A stretch of 64,000 bases of DNA. Source: Monocercomonoides exilis PA203. Taxonomy: Eukaryota > Protista > Preaxostyla. The position numbers and the translations under genes are program-made. Numbering within the stretch: position 1 is the first letter of the stretch; the number at the start of each line of letters is the position of its first letter. Of the stretch, positions 1 through 10,900 are shown piece after piece. Location: positions 124,001 through 188,000 of the forward strand of contig LSRY02000025.1 of the NCBI GenBank assembly GCA_001643675.2, in the 5' to 3' direction. The notes under the pieces were generated by a model. It saw only the letters and a list, made by a program, of their open reading frames with translations. It ran no database searches and was not told the DNA's origin.

Positions 1-245
1 TCTTCAAATTTAATAAATACTATTGCACTTGAAGAGCCGAAACACATTTCATTACATGGGGATTTCATCCATGAAGATAAAGATAATGATTCACTTGTTA
101 GGTATTGCAATGAATTTCAAGAGAGAGATAAATATCAACAGTTTTTCAACAAAATTACTTCAGAGTTTGGCTCAAAAATTTTGATGAAACTCCTTTGGAT
201 ATGTCTTATGTTAAATTCGTAATGAAATACATGTTGGAATATTAA
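1..245 (+). pseudogene. 3' end of putative penton/minor capsid protein (frameshifted)
   Basis: Frame 1 reads SSNLINTIALEEPKHISLHGDFIHEDKDNDSLVRYCNEFQERDKYQQF. After a frameshift near 140-150, frame 3 reads FRVWLKNFDETPLDMSYVKFVMKYMLEY* (TAA 243-245). The pattern resembles Polinton-type penton C-termini, and the viral context supports it. Confidence 0.45.
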
Positions 246-465
246 ATCAAAAATATATCTAAACTGTTCTCATTATTTATTCCTATATTAGTCATATTTT
301 TTCATTTATGTTTAATAAACACAAACTATTCACAAAAGAAATATCAAAAAAGAATGTCAGTGCACCGGGTCATTTAACTTTCTATAAAATCAGTGACCTA
401 ACGGCCAAATCGGCCAATACGATAATAAAAACATTAACGATTCTATCATCTCATATCTTTTATTA

Positions 466-489
466 GGGATGCTGGAATTCCAGTATCCC
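466..489. other. GC-rich hairpin next to left inverted-repeat arm
   Basis: GGGATGCTGG-AATT-CCAGTATCCC, a 10-bp stem with one G:T pair. Confidence 0.7.
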
Positions 490-496
490 CAAAAAA

Positions 497-720
497 TGAT
501 ATCAAAACAGTCGATTTCATAGTCAAAAATGATTCGGCACAAGTGACTAAGTTTTGCATGTGCCAACATGTGTCATGTTGTTTTTTCATATAAGAAGTAC
601 TGATTTCAGTCTCAATATTAATCAATCTTGCATCAAAAACGGTATAAGACCGGAGCAAGTGGAGCGGAGCAAGTTGTAAAATCGTTGTCTCTGAAAATAG
701 TGGCCATACGGACATATTGG
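497..720 (+). repeat. Left arm of 224-bp inverted repeat flanking primase-helicase; iteron-like sites
   Basis: Ungapped reverse-complement match to 3395-3618 (position x pairs with 4115-x), 29 mismatches by manual count. Confidence 0.95.
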
Positions 721-794
721 TCATTATTATAAGAAAACAAGAAAATAAGCTTAATTTCAAAAAAATAACTTTTTTTATTTCCACTAAAAGACAT

Positions 795-1895
795 ATGCAA
801 AACTTTTTGGACATAAACTCAAAACTGTTAAGAAAGAATCCTGCGTTAATGGTTCATGAAGATCCAGAAATTGAAGAGATGTTTGTGCAAGAAGAACAGA
901 AACGGAGAATAAGAAAAGAAATGATGAAAAAGAAGACAATCGGTGAAAGAATAAAAGGATATCAGAAACCATTATATAATTACAAGAAAGTGTCTCGAGA
1001 ATTCAAGAACAAAACTGCTGATGAAACAGTTAATGAAACAGGACAGAACACTGGACATTATATTGATATTAGAAAAATTGATAATCTAGCTGTTGTCGAT
1101 ATCGACATCAATAAAGCAGTTGACGAAGAAAGAAAAGAGAGAATCAGACAATCAATTCTTTTGAGATTGCCAGAAAATGTCGGATTAGTGCAGACAGGAA
1201 ATGGTGGATTGCACATATACTGTGACAGAGATGAATATCCATTAAAGACTGATTCACAAACAAAAGTCTTCAAGTGTTCCGACTTTGAGATAGATGTGTT
1301 TGCTTGTGTTAATGGAAATCGACGATTTCTTGTTCAAGCTGATACAGAAATAATAAAGTACACTGAAGAAGAGAGCAAGAATGCAACAAAATATATTCCT
1401 GAGAAATTGACAAAGAAAGCAGAAGAAGAGAGTGATTTAACTAGTCGATATGATGATTCTGCAATCAATCAATTCATCGAACAAGCTGAGACCAGAATAC
1501 GTGAAAGAGTCAAAGGAGATTCTAAAGTGATAAAAAAATATATTGACTTGAATAACTACCTTGACAAATCGAATCTTTCATCACTGGAAGACATTCTCAA
1601 CATATTTGGTATTGATATTCGATATGATTCATCAAATGACGATACAAACAAACATCTAACAACTGATGGAATCAATTTAATGTCGAAAGAGTTTGCTGAA
1701 GTACTTGTCTGTGGATTCACAAATGTTTCAATACATAATTATTGTCATTTCAGTATTGATAAAGAATTATCGTTGTTCCCATTATTTTGTGCCGTTAACA
1801 GTCTCATTAATATTGAATCAGTACAAGATGAAGACATCGATGCATACTATCAAGAGATAAAAACAATAATTAATTTACAGCAAATGCTGATATGA
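795..1895 (+). pseudogene. Bifunctional primase-polymerase (Prim-Pol, AEP superfamily); N-terminal half of a disrupted primase-helicase
   Basis: Motifs LAVVDID and VQTGNGGLHIY. Likely start ATG 795, inside ORF 717..1895. Reading continues through a frameshift at ~1877 (LTANADMNWDRT), TGA at 1910-1912 and a second frameshift at ~2031-2050 into the helicase ORF. Confidence 0.8.
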
Positions 1896-2111
1896 ATTGG
1901 GATCGAACATGAGAGAAATGTTCGAACAAGAAATCAACTCCTTATGCTTCACAAAAGATCGTCAAAATCTGGTGTCCAGAATTTTATCAAAACACTGTTG
2001 ATCCTGAGATTAAGAAAATGAAACTGATGAAAACTCAAATTATTAAAAGAAGTTATTGAATTTGAGAGGTGCACAGAAACATATAACTATCTCATTAGGA
2101 ATGTTACGAAG

Positions 2112-3383
2112 ATGTCAATACCAGATATTAAACAACATCTATTACGAACATTTGCGAAACTTGTCAAAGGAACTGACGTTATTGCGCGAATGGAAACCAA
2201 TATTTATTTCGTAAGAGATGCTGAATGGTTTGAGAATCAATTGAAACGTTTTATCATTCCATACGGTGTATCAACTATCACATTAAAGCAGTTATTCGTC
2301 GAGCAATTCAAAAACTTCACTGTATATGATGAGGTTGCTCCTGTCTCAGATTTGCCAAACATTTTCAACACATTCAGAATGAGAGATCCAACAGTATATC
2401 TGAATAATGAAGTCAAAACGATGATTGATTTTCTGAAAACTACATATGCTGATGAAGTTGCTTTCTATTTCAATCTTGGACGAGATCAATGGAGATTTAG
2501 AAACAATTATAAGCGAACAAAAATATCATTGGGATGTTATGGTGAAAGGGGTGGAGAAGGAAAAGGTTTTCTTACTTCATTAAGGACAAAAGTGTACGGC
2601 AATGAATTCTCATCTGTTAATGTTAGATTCAGTCAATTGGGAAAAGAGCAAACAAAATCTCTTCTTGAAAATAAATTACAGATTCAATTCGACGAACTTC
2701 CACGCATAAAGGATGGAAAAGTTGTTGTTGAAGACTTCAAAATCCTTGATAATGACATGCTGTCAACAAGATCGATGGCTAGAGATGATGAAAACATAAC
2801 TCTCTATTTCGATTGTGATTTCTCAACTAATAATTCATCATTTGCTGGGATATATAGTGATGAAGCAGTGCAAAGACGTTTGTATCCCATCGAAAGAATA
2901 CTTTCGACAAGAGAAGATGCGGTGGAGATGTGGAAACAATTGTGGAGTTGGATTAATAATGAAGATTTCATCTTCTCTTATGTCAAATACATAAGAGAAT
3001 CAGAAGATATTGAAAAGAATACAACAATCAAACCATATTCCAGATTCACAATGCTAGTTTTCTTTAACAGAATACATCAATCATATGAATACTCTTTCGA
3101 TATATGGTTAGAAGAATTCACTGAAGAACAATATAATAAAAATCTTTCCTATGAAAGAAAAGCAGATGGTATCAAGGGATTTAATGCAATTGATTTATAC
3201 AAGAACTACACGCAATATTGTTCACTAAACAAACTTCCATCAACAATGAACAAAATTGGAACATTTAATGAAAGACTCAAAAGAATTTTCGATTATGACA
3301 TTAATACAATAATGTGTACAGATGGAGTCAAACGAAGATTAATATATATTATCATAAAAGAAGATGAAAACATTAATCAATAA
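2112..3383 (+). CDS. SF3 / D5-like helicase with C-terminal winged-helix-like region (C-terminal half of primase-helicase)
   Basis: Walker A-like YGERGGEGKGF, Walker B IQFDE, motif C-like FSTNN, arginine finger AVQRRL. C-terminal DLYKNYTQYCSLN...F..RL resembles the D5 C-terminal domain. Confidence 0.8.
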   Translation: MSIPDIKQHLLRTFAKLVKGTDVIARMETNIYFVRDAEWFENQLKRFIIPYGVSTITLKQLFVEQFKNFTVYDEVAPVSDLPNIFNTFRMRDPTVYLNNEVKTMIDFLKTTYADEVAFYFNLGRDQWRFRNNYKRTKISLGCYGERGGEGKGFLTSLRTKVYGNEFSSVNVRFSQLGKEQTKSLLENKLQIQFDELPRIKDGKVVVEDFKILDNDMLSTRSMARDDENITLYFDCDFSTNNSSFAGIYSDEAVQRRLYPIERILSTREDAVEMWKQLWSWINNEDFIFSYVKYIRESEDIEKNTTIKPYSRFTMLVFFNRIHQSYEYSFDIWLEEFTEEQYNKNLSYERKADGIKGFNAIDLYKNYTQYCSLNKLPSTMNKIGTFNERLKRIFDYDINTIMCTDGVKRRLIYIIIKEDENINQ

Positions 3384-3394
3384 AACATCAGTGT

Positions 3395-3618
3395 CCAATA
3401 TGTCCGTATGTCCGCTATTTTTAGAGACAACGATTTTACAACTTGCTCCGCTCCACTTGCTCCGGTCTTATACAGTTTTTGATGCAAGATTGATCAATAT
3501 TGAGACTGAAATCAGTACTTCTTATATACAAAATCGACATGGAGCAAGCTGGAGCAAGATAGAGGAAGTCACTTGCTCCGTATCATTTTTGACTATGAAA
3601 TCGGTTGTTTTGATGTCA
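3395..3618 (-). repeat. Right arm of 224-bp inverted repeat; five GGAGCAAG sites
   Basis: ACTTGCTCCG at 3441, 3455 and 3571; GGAGCAAG at 3541 and 3551. Starts 11 bp after the helicase stop. Confidence 0.95.
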
Positions 3619-3715
3619 AAAAATGATGTCAATAGAATTCATTTAATGTGAATTATTGATACAAATAAAAATTATCGTTAATTTTATTTTTTCGAATTTT
3701 TTATCTTCTATAAAA

Positions 3716-4504
3716 ATGACAGTTACAACCGAGTGTATAATTTATAATAACGAAGAATTTATTAAAGGAACATACAACTCTTTCGAAATCTTGATCAGAC
3801 TGAAAGATAAATATGTAAATGCATCGAAGTTAGTAAAGGATATAAACAAACGAGAAGGTCGTACAAAACAGGTTAAAACGTTCTTTAAATCTCATATGTG
3901 TAAAGATCTATTGGATGAATTTAACAAGCAGAAAATTATTCAAAACAGCTCTTCAGATTCGTCGGGTAAAAAATTACCCGACGCAAGATATGATCTACAC
4001 AAGTCGTATTCTAATGATTTTAGAGGAACTTATGTTCATCCACGTTTAATAAACGCAATTGCGATATGGGCATCTCCAAGATATTTAATTATAATCTCTG
4101 AAATAATGGACGCAATTAATGAACGCACACAAGCAACAGGAGAGTCGTTTGATACAGTTACAAAAAGTATTATTGAAGAACAACGTAAAATAATAGAAGA
4201 ACTCAAACAGACAGTGACTGTTCAAAAAGAATACATATCCAACACATCAGTTCCTGACACCAATTGTGTTAAAAAGCTGTCGATAGTGAAAATATCTGAT
4301 GAACAATTTAGGTTATCAGCTGATACTTCAAGATCATTAGAGTATATATATCAATTTGAATTTCCAGCAAGCATGAATATCAGACAAGTGATAACTCAAA
4401 AATTAAATATGAAACTTCCTTATTCATTTGAAGAATCTGAAATTGAACAAGTATTAACAGTAATACGTTCTCTGAGTCCTAAAAGAGAAATAACAGCGTC
4501 ATAA
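3716..4504 (+). CDS. KilA-N domain protein with coiled coil
   Basis: YVNASKLVK...RGTYVHPRLINAIAIWASP KilA-N signature. Likely start MTVTTE within ORF 3656..4504. Confidence 0.85.
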   Translation: MTVTTECIIYNNEEFIKGTYNSFEILIRLKDKYVNASKLVKDINKREGRTKQVKTFFKSHMCKDLLDEFNKQKIIQNSSSDSSGKKLPDARYDLHKSYSNDFRGTYVHPRLINAIAIWASPRYLIIISEIMDAINERTQATGESFDTVTKSIIEEQRKIIEELKQTVTVQKEYISNTSVPDTNCVKKLSIVKISDEQFRLSADTSRSLEYIYQFEFPASMNIRQVITQKLNMKLPYSFEESEIEQVLTVIRSLSPKREITAS

Positions 4505-4566
4505 ATAATATTGATGACTCAAATTCGATATATCGAAATTGTTTTATAATAAAAATATATATTCAT

Positions 4567-5448
4567 TTATTTTTCTTTCGTGTCATTCAAGAATGTGTGA
4601 ACAAGAGAGACATGATAACCTAACAGTCTGTTGTAAATGTGATTATATTTTATTTGAAGATCCAATCCACCAACTAATATTCGAGAGATATCTTTAATGA
4701 ACTTCACTTTTCCTGAACGCGACACTGCTTGTTCTTCAATAATGATTTCAACATCGTTGACTCCTGACAATAATGCAATCAATATTAATAATTCATCAAC
4801 AGGAAGAATAATCATTTTGCTGGGTTCAATGCAACTCTTGAGTACTTTTTTCGGAGAATTGATCACATTAATGAGTAACTCGATATATTTATCTTTTAAT
4901 CTGTTTTCATCATCAGGATTAATAGTTATTGATTCTCGAAATGAGAACTGCGAACTGTTTCAGGTACTTTGTGATGAACACAATGGATAAGGATGTGTTG
5001 ATAAAGAGGGCGCTGATGGTTCAAATGGAACGGAAGGATGAGCAGTGAAATTATCGAAAGATTCTGTTTGTGAAGGATGTGCTTCGGGGACAAAGTCCCC
5101 TCGAGGATCAGAGATCCGTTCAGGAATTGATTGTTCTCGCTCTTGCTGACTGCTTCTTCTAGAAGCTGCCTCCTTTGTTGAATCTGTGTTTCCAGCTGCC
5201 ACATTTACGTTAATAGTATTAGACATCGATGGAGTTGAAGTATGTGTTGATTTGGTTAAATTTGCTGTTACAGAAATTGGAATAGGCATACTATTTTCAT
5301 TGGAATAAAAAAGATTTCTTTCATTAATGTTTTCTTCATTATTACTCTCAGTGTTTTGATTAGTGGTTTGAGTGTCTGAATCTGTCAATTCCACCTTCAA
5401 TTGGTTAATGTATCTTTTTGGAGGGACTTTCACAAGTGTTTTTAACAT
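4567..5448 (-). pseudogene. Maverick-associated hypothetical protein split by one in-frame TGA
   Basis: ORFs 4960..5448 and 4567..4866 are in the same frame. Reading across TGA 4960-4962 gives ...SQST*NSSQFSFRESITINPDDENRLKDKYIELLINVINSPKK... Confidence 0.6.
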
Positions 5449-5502
5449 TATCTTTATAAACAGTTAAAACGATTAATTTTAGTTTTTTTAATATCATTGA
5501 AA

Positions 5503-6060
5503 ATGCAAACATCAGATATTTATCAGAGACAGCTCAGACAGACAGGCACAAGAAATTTAGTGTTTGATTCAGCTTCAGAGATGCAAACTTGGATCGATGT
5601 GAACAAAGGAAATCTCGTGAAAGGACAATTTATACTTATTAAAGGAAATAACGTTCCTGATTACTGGTGGGATGGAACAGCGTTAAAGAAAATTGAGTGT
5701 GACATAAGTGAAGTCAGTGTGGGTGGACTTAACGAGTACTATAAAGCAGTTCAGATTGATAATATCGTTGAAATCTGCGAGAAGATTGAGAATAAAGGAC
5801 AAGCGAATGGATATGTTCCTCTTGACAATAATGGAAAAATTGCATAATCATATTTTACAATATCAGAAGACATGATAGATTTAACTGGAATTGAGTTGGA
5901 AGGATATGAAAAAACAACATTTAAAGGAAAAGCAAATGGATATGCAGGATTGGATGAAAGGGGAAAGTTATCAGTTGATGTTCTTCCTGATGAATTATCA
6001 GAAAAAGCAGGAACAAGTTATCCGTTAATGGATGGTTCTGTTAATGTTGGAACATCAGTG
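5503..6060 (+). pseudogene. Tail-fibre-like virion protein, one in-frame TAA, truncated
   Basis: ORFs 5497..5847 and 5872..6156 share a frame across TAA 5845-5847. Two KG.ANGY..LD..GK repeats, PDYWWDGT and PLMDGSVNVGTS resemble phage fibre repeats. Similarity ends at ~6060, where a host repeat starts. Confidence 0.6.
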
Positions 6061-6850
6061 ATCGTGACTTCCCCATTAGTGACGATCTCTCAAAACAGAA
6101 GAGAAGGAAGTGAGAAAATGTTTTCTTTTGAATCAAAGAACACGTGCTTTGATTAATAATACTATCAACCACCAAAAGAAATATATCTCGTTTATCTCAC
6201 CGACACCAGGCATACGAGGGATATAGGGCAGAAAAGGGATGAAAGTGGATTATTTGTGGCTGGGGGTAGGAGTTGAGTATATTTTTGAACGTAAATATTT
6301 CGAGAGGTACTTTTGAATGAAAGAAATTCTGAGACAAAGGGATGCGGAAAAGCAAGCGGTGATTAATAGAAGATAATGTGGAAAATATATAGAGAAGTGA
6401 TTGGAGATGGAAAAGAAGCATTTATTGGTGATGGTGAAAATGGATTTTGAAAAGAAAGAAAAGAGGGTAAAAGCGGGAAAGAAGATGAATATTTTGAAAT
6501 GTTCAGATGAAAGATAGATATTTTTTGAGAATAGAAAAAAAGGAGAGAAGATTTTTTGAAGATAGAAATGAAAAAGAAAGGAAATTGAGAGTTATTAACA
6601 TTTTTTGTTATTGAAGAGAAAGGAGAGGAAATTTAAAAAAGAAGACAAATGTCTTTGAAGAAATGCAGCTTAATTGATTAATTACAGAATATTTGCCACA
6701 ATAATTGTAATTTGGGATTATTGCCTTCTTGTGGAGTCATCTTGCCTTATACGATCTTGCATTCATCAACACCATCATTTAAAACTTATCAACTTCTTCA
6801 CAAAATTCATTGGATTATAAATGGATTTCTCTGTTGTTTCAATCATTCAC
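6061..6850 (+). repeat. Degenerate multicopy repeat/pseudogene (copy 1; inverted homolog at ~11330-12180)
   Basis: For example, TCTCACCGACACCAGGCATACGAGGGATA matches revcomp TCTCATCAACACCAGGCACAGGAGGGATA near 12020-12047. Collinear over ~800 bp with many stops. Confidence 0.7.
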
Positions 6851-6921
6851 ATTCTTAACCTTCTTCTAAGATGCCTCCTCTCATTAGACGGGGGATCATC
6901 CTGTTGACCTTCATGCGCAAA

Positions 6922-7650
6922 TGGGTGATTTTTTTTGAAATCATAAAAAAAGATCAAAAAATGAAAAAGAAATATAATTGTGGTTCATTTTGATCATTGA
7001 ACAAAATTTTTATTAATTAAGTGTTTGGTTTTTTTTTTTATCATGATATTGGTTTGTTTCGTTCATATATATTCAAAAAAAAAAGGTAAGTGGGAACAAA
7101 ACGTACTGTTCAAAATGTTTTTAAAAACATGAATACTTGTTATCAAAATAAGTAATAAGTCCATGTGGGATATTTTTACTGGTAAATTTCGTCTAATTCG
7201 AAAAATTACGTTGGTGACCCATTTTTGAAATTCTTAATCAACAAAACACATGATTTTTTATCATTTTTGATAGACAAAACCCTAATCAGTTATTTAGGTT
7301 TATATTTTAATTTTTATTATACCCTAATTCACTTGTTGTGAAGGCATTGAAACCAATGGCCTCTTTTAAACCTAATTAGAAATTATGAGAAATAATATTA
7401 TTAGGGTTTGATCACAGATTTTTTGATGAAAAAGGCGATTATTTATCACTTGAATTTTGAGTCGAAAATGAATATTACAATTTTATTGATTGCTTTGTAT
7501 TCATTTAATCTCGCTTTTTTTTGGAAATAAAACTTTCTTTGTGTTATTTTTTGAATAGTACGTTTTGTTCCCATTCACCAAAAAAAAGAAAGAAAAAAGA
7601 AAAGACCTTTTTATCTTAAGAGTATAAAACAAATTATTGATCATGTTTGA
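6922..7650 (+). repeat. AT-rich ~220-bp dispersed repeat unit interrupted by a MITE (inverted homologs at 15200-15420 and 15185-15200/13000-13033)
   Basis: TGGGTGATTTTTTTTGAAATCATAAAAAAAGATCAAAAA matches revcomp of 15380-15420. Similarity resumes after the MITE (GATCATGTTTGAAAAAA). Confidence 0.6.
7085..7579. mobile_element. MITE with 31-bp TIRs (Mutator-like GG ends), inserted in poly-A
   Basis: GGTAAGTGGGAACAAAACGTACTGTTCAAAA vs revcomp of the right end GGTGAATGGGAACAAAACGTACTATTCAAAA (3 mismatches). A-runs on both flanks are compatible with an 8-9-bp TSD. No ORF. Confidence 0.8.
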
Positions 7651-7989
7651 AAAAAAAAACCAAAAATGATTAAAGTTTATCCAACAAATTCATCAGAAAG
7701 ATATAATAAAAGTTCTAATCCTGTAAAACAGAGGCCATAAAAGAAAAAATATTGAAAGATCTGGGAAATATTGCAAAATCTTCGAAAATTTAAATATTCT
7801 GTGAAAATAAATGAGTTTTCTTTTTCTTCATTTGAAATGAAGTCACCAAGTTTTCAAAACAGCCATATTGCTCAACGGCTTCATCAAACGTTAAACGAAA
7901 TTAAAGATTATCAAATTACATTAAAAACAATATCAAACTTTATCATAGCATCTCTTTCTCTTTTCCAGATCCATAGATCAAACAACTTT

Positions 7990-10900
7990 CTTCTATATCC
8001 TTAGCTCTTCTTCCTTCCCTTTCCACTCTTCCTCATCCAAATCTTCTTTCGAATATGACTTTGATATTGTCAGATACTCCTTTTTGCACTTTTTCATAAT
8101 TCTTATCACTGCAATGCTCGATAACTCCAGCAGCTCCTGCAAATCTCCTCTTTGAAAACGTTTTTCTTTTCACAAAGTTTAGCCTGTTCTGAGTGAACGA
8201 GAAAGTAGGTGAATGAGAAAGACTCAGAAGAGATATGTGTTTTGTGTTCGAGTCTCGTCTTGCTTCTGAGGAAGAGCCATTATTCTCCTCATGAGAAGCA
8301 TCATTCAAAAGAATAATTCTATTGCAGGTAACGAAAGAACAAAAGCATTCAGCAATTGAAATGTTGGGTTGTTAATATTACTGGATTGATTCTTTGCAAA
8401 TATGGTGTATATAATATGTTCATTTCATAGAATAATTGTTTTGCGAATTGTAAAATGAGAAATGCGAGAGTGTGCACAAAGCGATTAGGCTTTAAAAGAA
8501 GGTGCAGGACATAAGGTGCATAAAATTGCATGAGCTGTTTTATCGGAGTATTGGTGCTCTTGATGGCCAAAGATGAAGGAAGAAGTGGGAAGGATGTTGT
8601 GAAAGAAGAAGAGAAAGGAATGATTGGAGAGAGCATGGGAGTTGGAATGGTGATTATTGGACCCAGAATTGAGAGGACATTGTCAGAGAAGAGCAAAATA
8701 AAAAAAGCAATGAAGAAAGTGTTTGGTAAAGGAGGAAGAGTAAATTCGGTTAATTGCTTGAATAAAGAAGAATATCAGCTTTTATCAGATATTTTTCTGG
8801 ATGCTGAGTAAATTTTGTCAGAATGCGTTTGAAAAGAGCGAGAATACTGCGAATATTGGCATACAGAGCGTTTTGCATATGATTTCACAAAAAACCCATC
8901 TCCAATTCAAAGTTGACGAAAAGGGAGATCTTTTCAACGGCTGAAGAAGTTAAGACCGCTGATTTATACAAAGTCCTTGGCTCTTCCACCACAATTCCTC
9001 TGTCTTTCAAGAATTCTTCTCATTTCTTCCATATCCATTCTATTTTCTTCCTCTTTTCCTTTAGAATCAAAACCATGTTTCTTTGCGTCTTCTTAACAAG
9101 CGCTAGCTCAGCCTCTGCTCAATGTTTCGCTTCCTTTCCATTTGCTTCATCTTCTTGTAAATAAAGAATTCGTTGTTTTTCCCAGCTTTCATAAAGCTTC
9201 TGTATCTTCCTCCTCTTCATACACTGCCATAACATCACCACAAACAGGCAAATAATCTCTCATCAAAAACTCGGATTCATTCCACTTTTCTGCATCTTTA
9301 CAAGCTCGTCCACTCGCCTAACTTCTATTAACTCCCCCGCTAACTATCTTCCTCTTCTTCTTAAAAAAATACTCACTTCTTTTCTTGCATCATCCACTTT
9401 TCTATTTTTTCTTTTGTTTTCGATCAATCTTTCAGTCTTTGGGTTAATTGTGTTTCTCCTAGCAAATTCTGTTTCAATGAGTTCAAATTTAACAAATGCG
9501 GCTTCCTCTCCCCTTCTTGAATATCCTTCCTCTTCTTTCTCATTTTTATCAAACTCGTCTTATTCTCCTTTCACAATCTGTAAGCTCTTCCAAAGTTCTT
9601 TCTCTTGCAGCTCAGGTGCCGAAATCAACGTTGAATTTGACACAGCCCTCATTCTTTTTTCGTAAATCCAATTTCTTCCCCCTTTTCATCATCTTCTTCC
9701 TCTTTCTCTTGCTCATCTTTTTCTTTTGTTTTAGCTTCCACTTCATTTGACTCTCTCTCCCTCTACCATTGCACTCATTTCGCCATATGGCTATTTTATC
9801 ATTTGATTTACAAGCGACTCATTTCGATGTTCAAAACTGTTCACTTCTCTTCTTTTAAATCTTACCAATTCTCTCTCTTCCTTCGGCTCTCATTATCAGC
9901 AACAATTCAACAGTGGCACGCCTTGTTCTTCCCACTCTTGTGGAGTTTGACATGTACTGAATACTTTATCATTTCACTTCACTTTCAACTGTTCTGGCCC
10001 ATATTCATTCTCAAAGCAGTTTGGGCAGCACTTCTCTACTCCTCATGATTTGTCGACAAGTTCTGTTCGATTTGTTGTAACATTGGCACAGACACTCAGA
10101 GAGAATTCAGGTTATGATATAAGTTGCGGTTTTGGAGAAGAAGAAGAAGAGCTTGCAGAAGGTGAAAAAGATGGAGAAGAATAAAATGAAAAGAATGAAA
10201 GAGAAGGTTCAAAATGTTGAGGAATTGAATTTGCCCTCTTTCAAATACAATTTTGAAACCAGAAAACTGCAATGAGATTAAAAATGGGGATTGGCGACTA
10301 AGATATGGCTGCTTTTCTGCGTTCCCTTGACAGTGTTGCACCGTGTCTGTTTTGTGCTGTCTTTTGTAAAAGCGAGTGAGCTGCATGTGTTCTTCAGGCT
10401 GTGAGCATCACGAATGATTGCAAGATCTGTGCTGCAAAGCTTTGATGATGAGGCAATCTATGGAGTCAGCTGCGAAGGTGAGTGCAGGATAGAATGGAGC
10501 CGAGACATAGTGCTTTGATTTCCTTGTGTGTGAGGACCAGCTCAACATGAACACCATTTTATCTTCTTCTTTTTTTTGAGCTCCTTCGTTGTATTCACCA
10601 ATTCTTCATCTTCCTCATCTTTCTCTTCTCCTTACCCTTTCCTCTTTTTCTATTGCTGCCTTTGTATGTCTTGTATTGAAAGCGTTAATTTGAGATGTGC
10701 AAAACTCACCATTCTCATTCGTCCTCCTCTTTGTCTTTGGATCTTCATGCTGTCCACCTTTCCTCTGCTCTGCACTCAATTTGCTTCTGAAATCCTCCTT
10801 CTTTGCCTTTTCCATTTGAACTTGCACTCCTTTCTCTTTACTTCTAATCGGTGTCATGAAGTGAGTGGATTATTGCGATGAGCTGGCAGCCCCTTCCCCT

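Larger units (their letters stand above)
1..6060. mobile_element. Degenerate Maverick/Polinton-like endogenous viral element (runs off window start, truncated at ~6060)
   Basis: Dense cluster of intronless ORFs: penton-like C-terminus, Prim-Pol, SF3 helicase, KilA-N, fibre-like gene. Several frameshifts and nonsense codons. No pPolB, integrase, major capsid or packaging ATPase visible inside the window. Confidence 0.75.

Noticed and set aside
446-3651. ORFs 446..814 (-) and 3364..3651 (+) look like paralogous small proteins
   Set aside because: Their similarity is simply the translated inverted repeat. They overlap the primase-helicase ends, and the differences follow DNA motifs rather than codons.
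5845-5847. In-frame TAA as evidence of a TAR=Gln genetic code
   Set aside because: The 2855-aa and 5237-aa ORFs contain no internal TAA/TAG, and intact genes end in TAA, TAG and TGA, so the code is standard.
7270-7412. Telomere or interstitial telomeric array
   Set aside because: Only isolated single motifs inside a MITE, not tandem TTAGGG.
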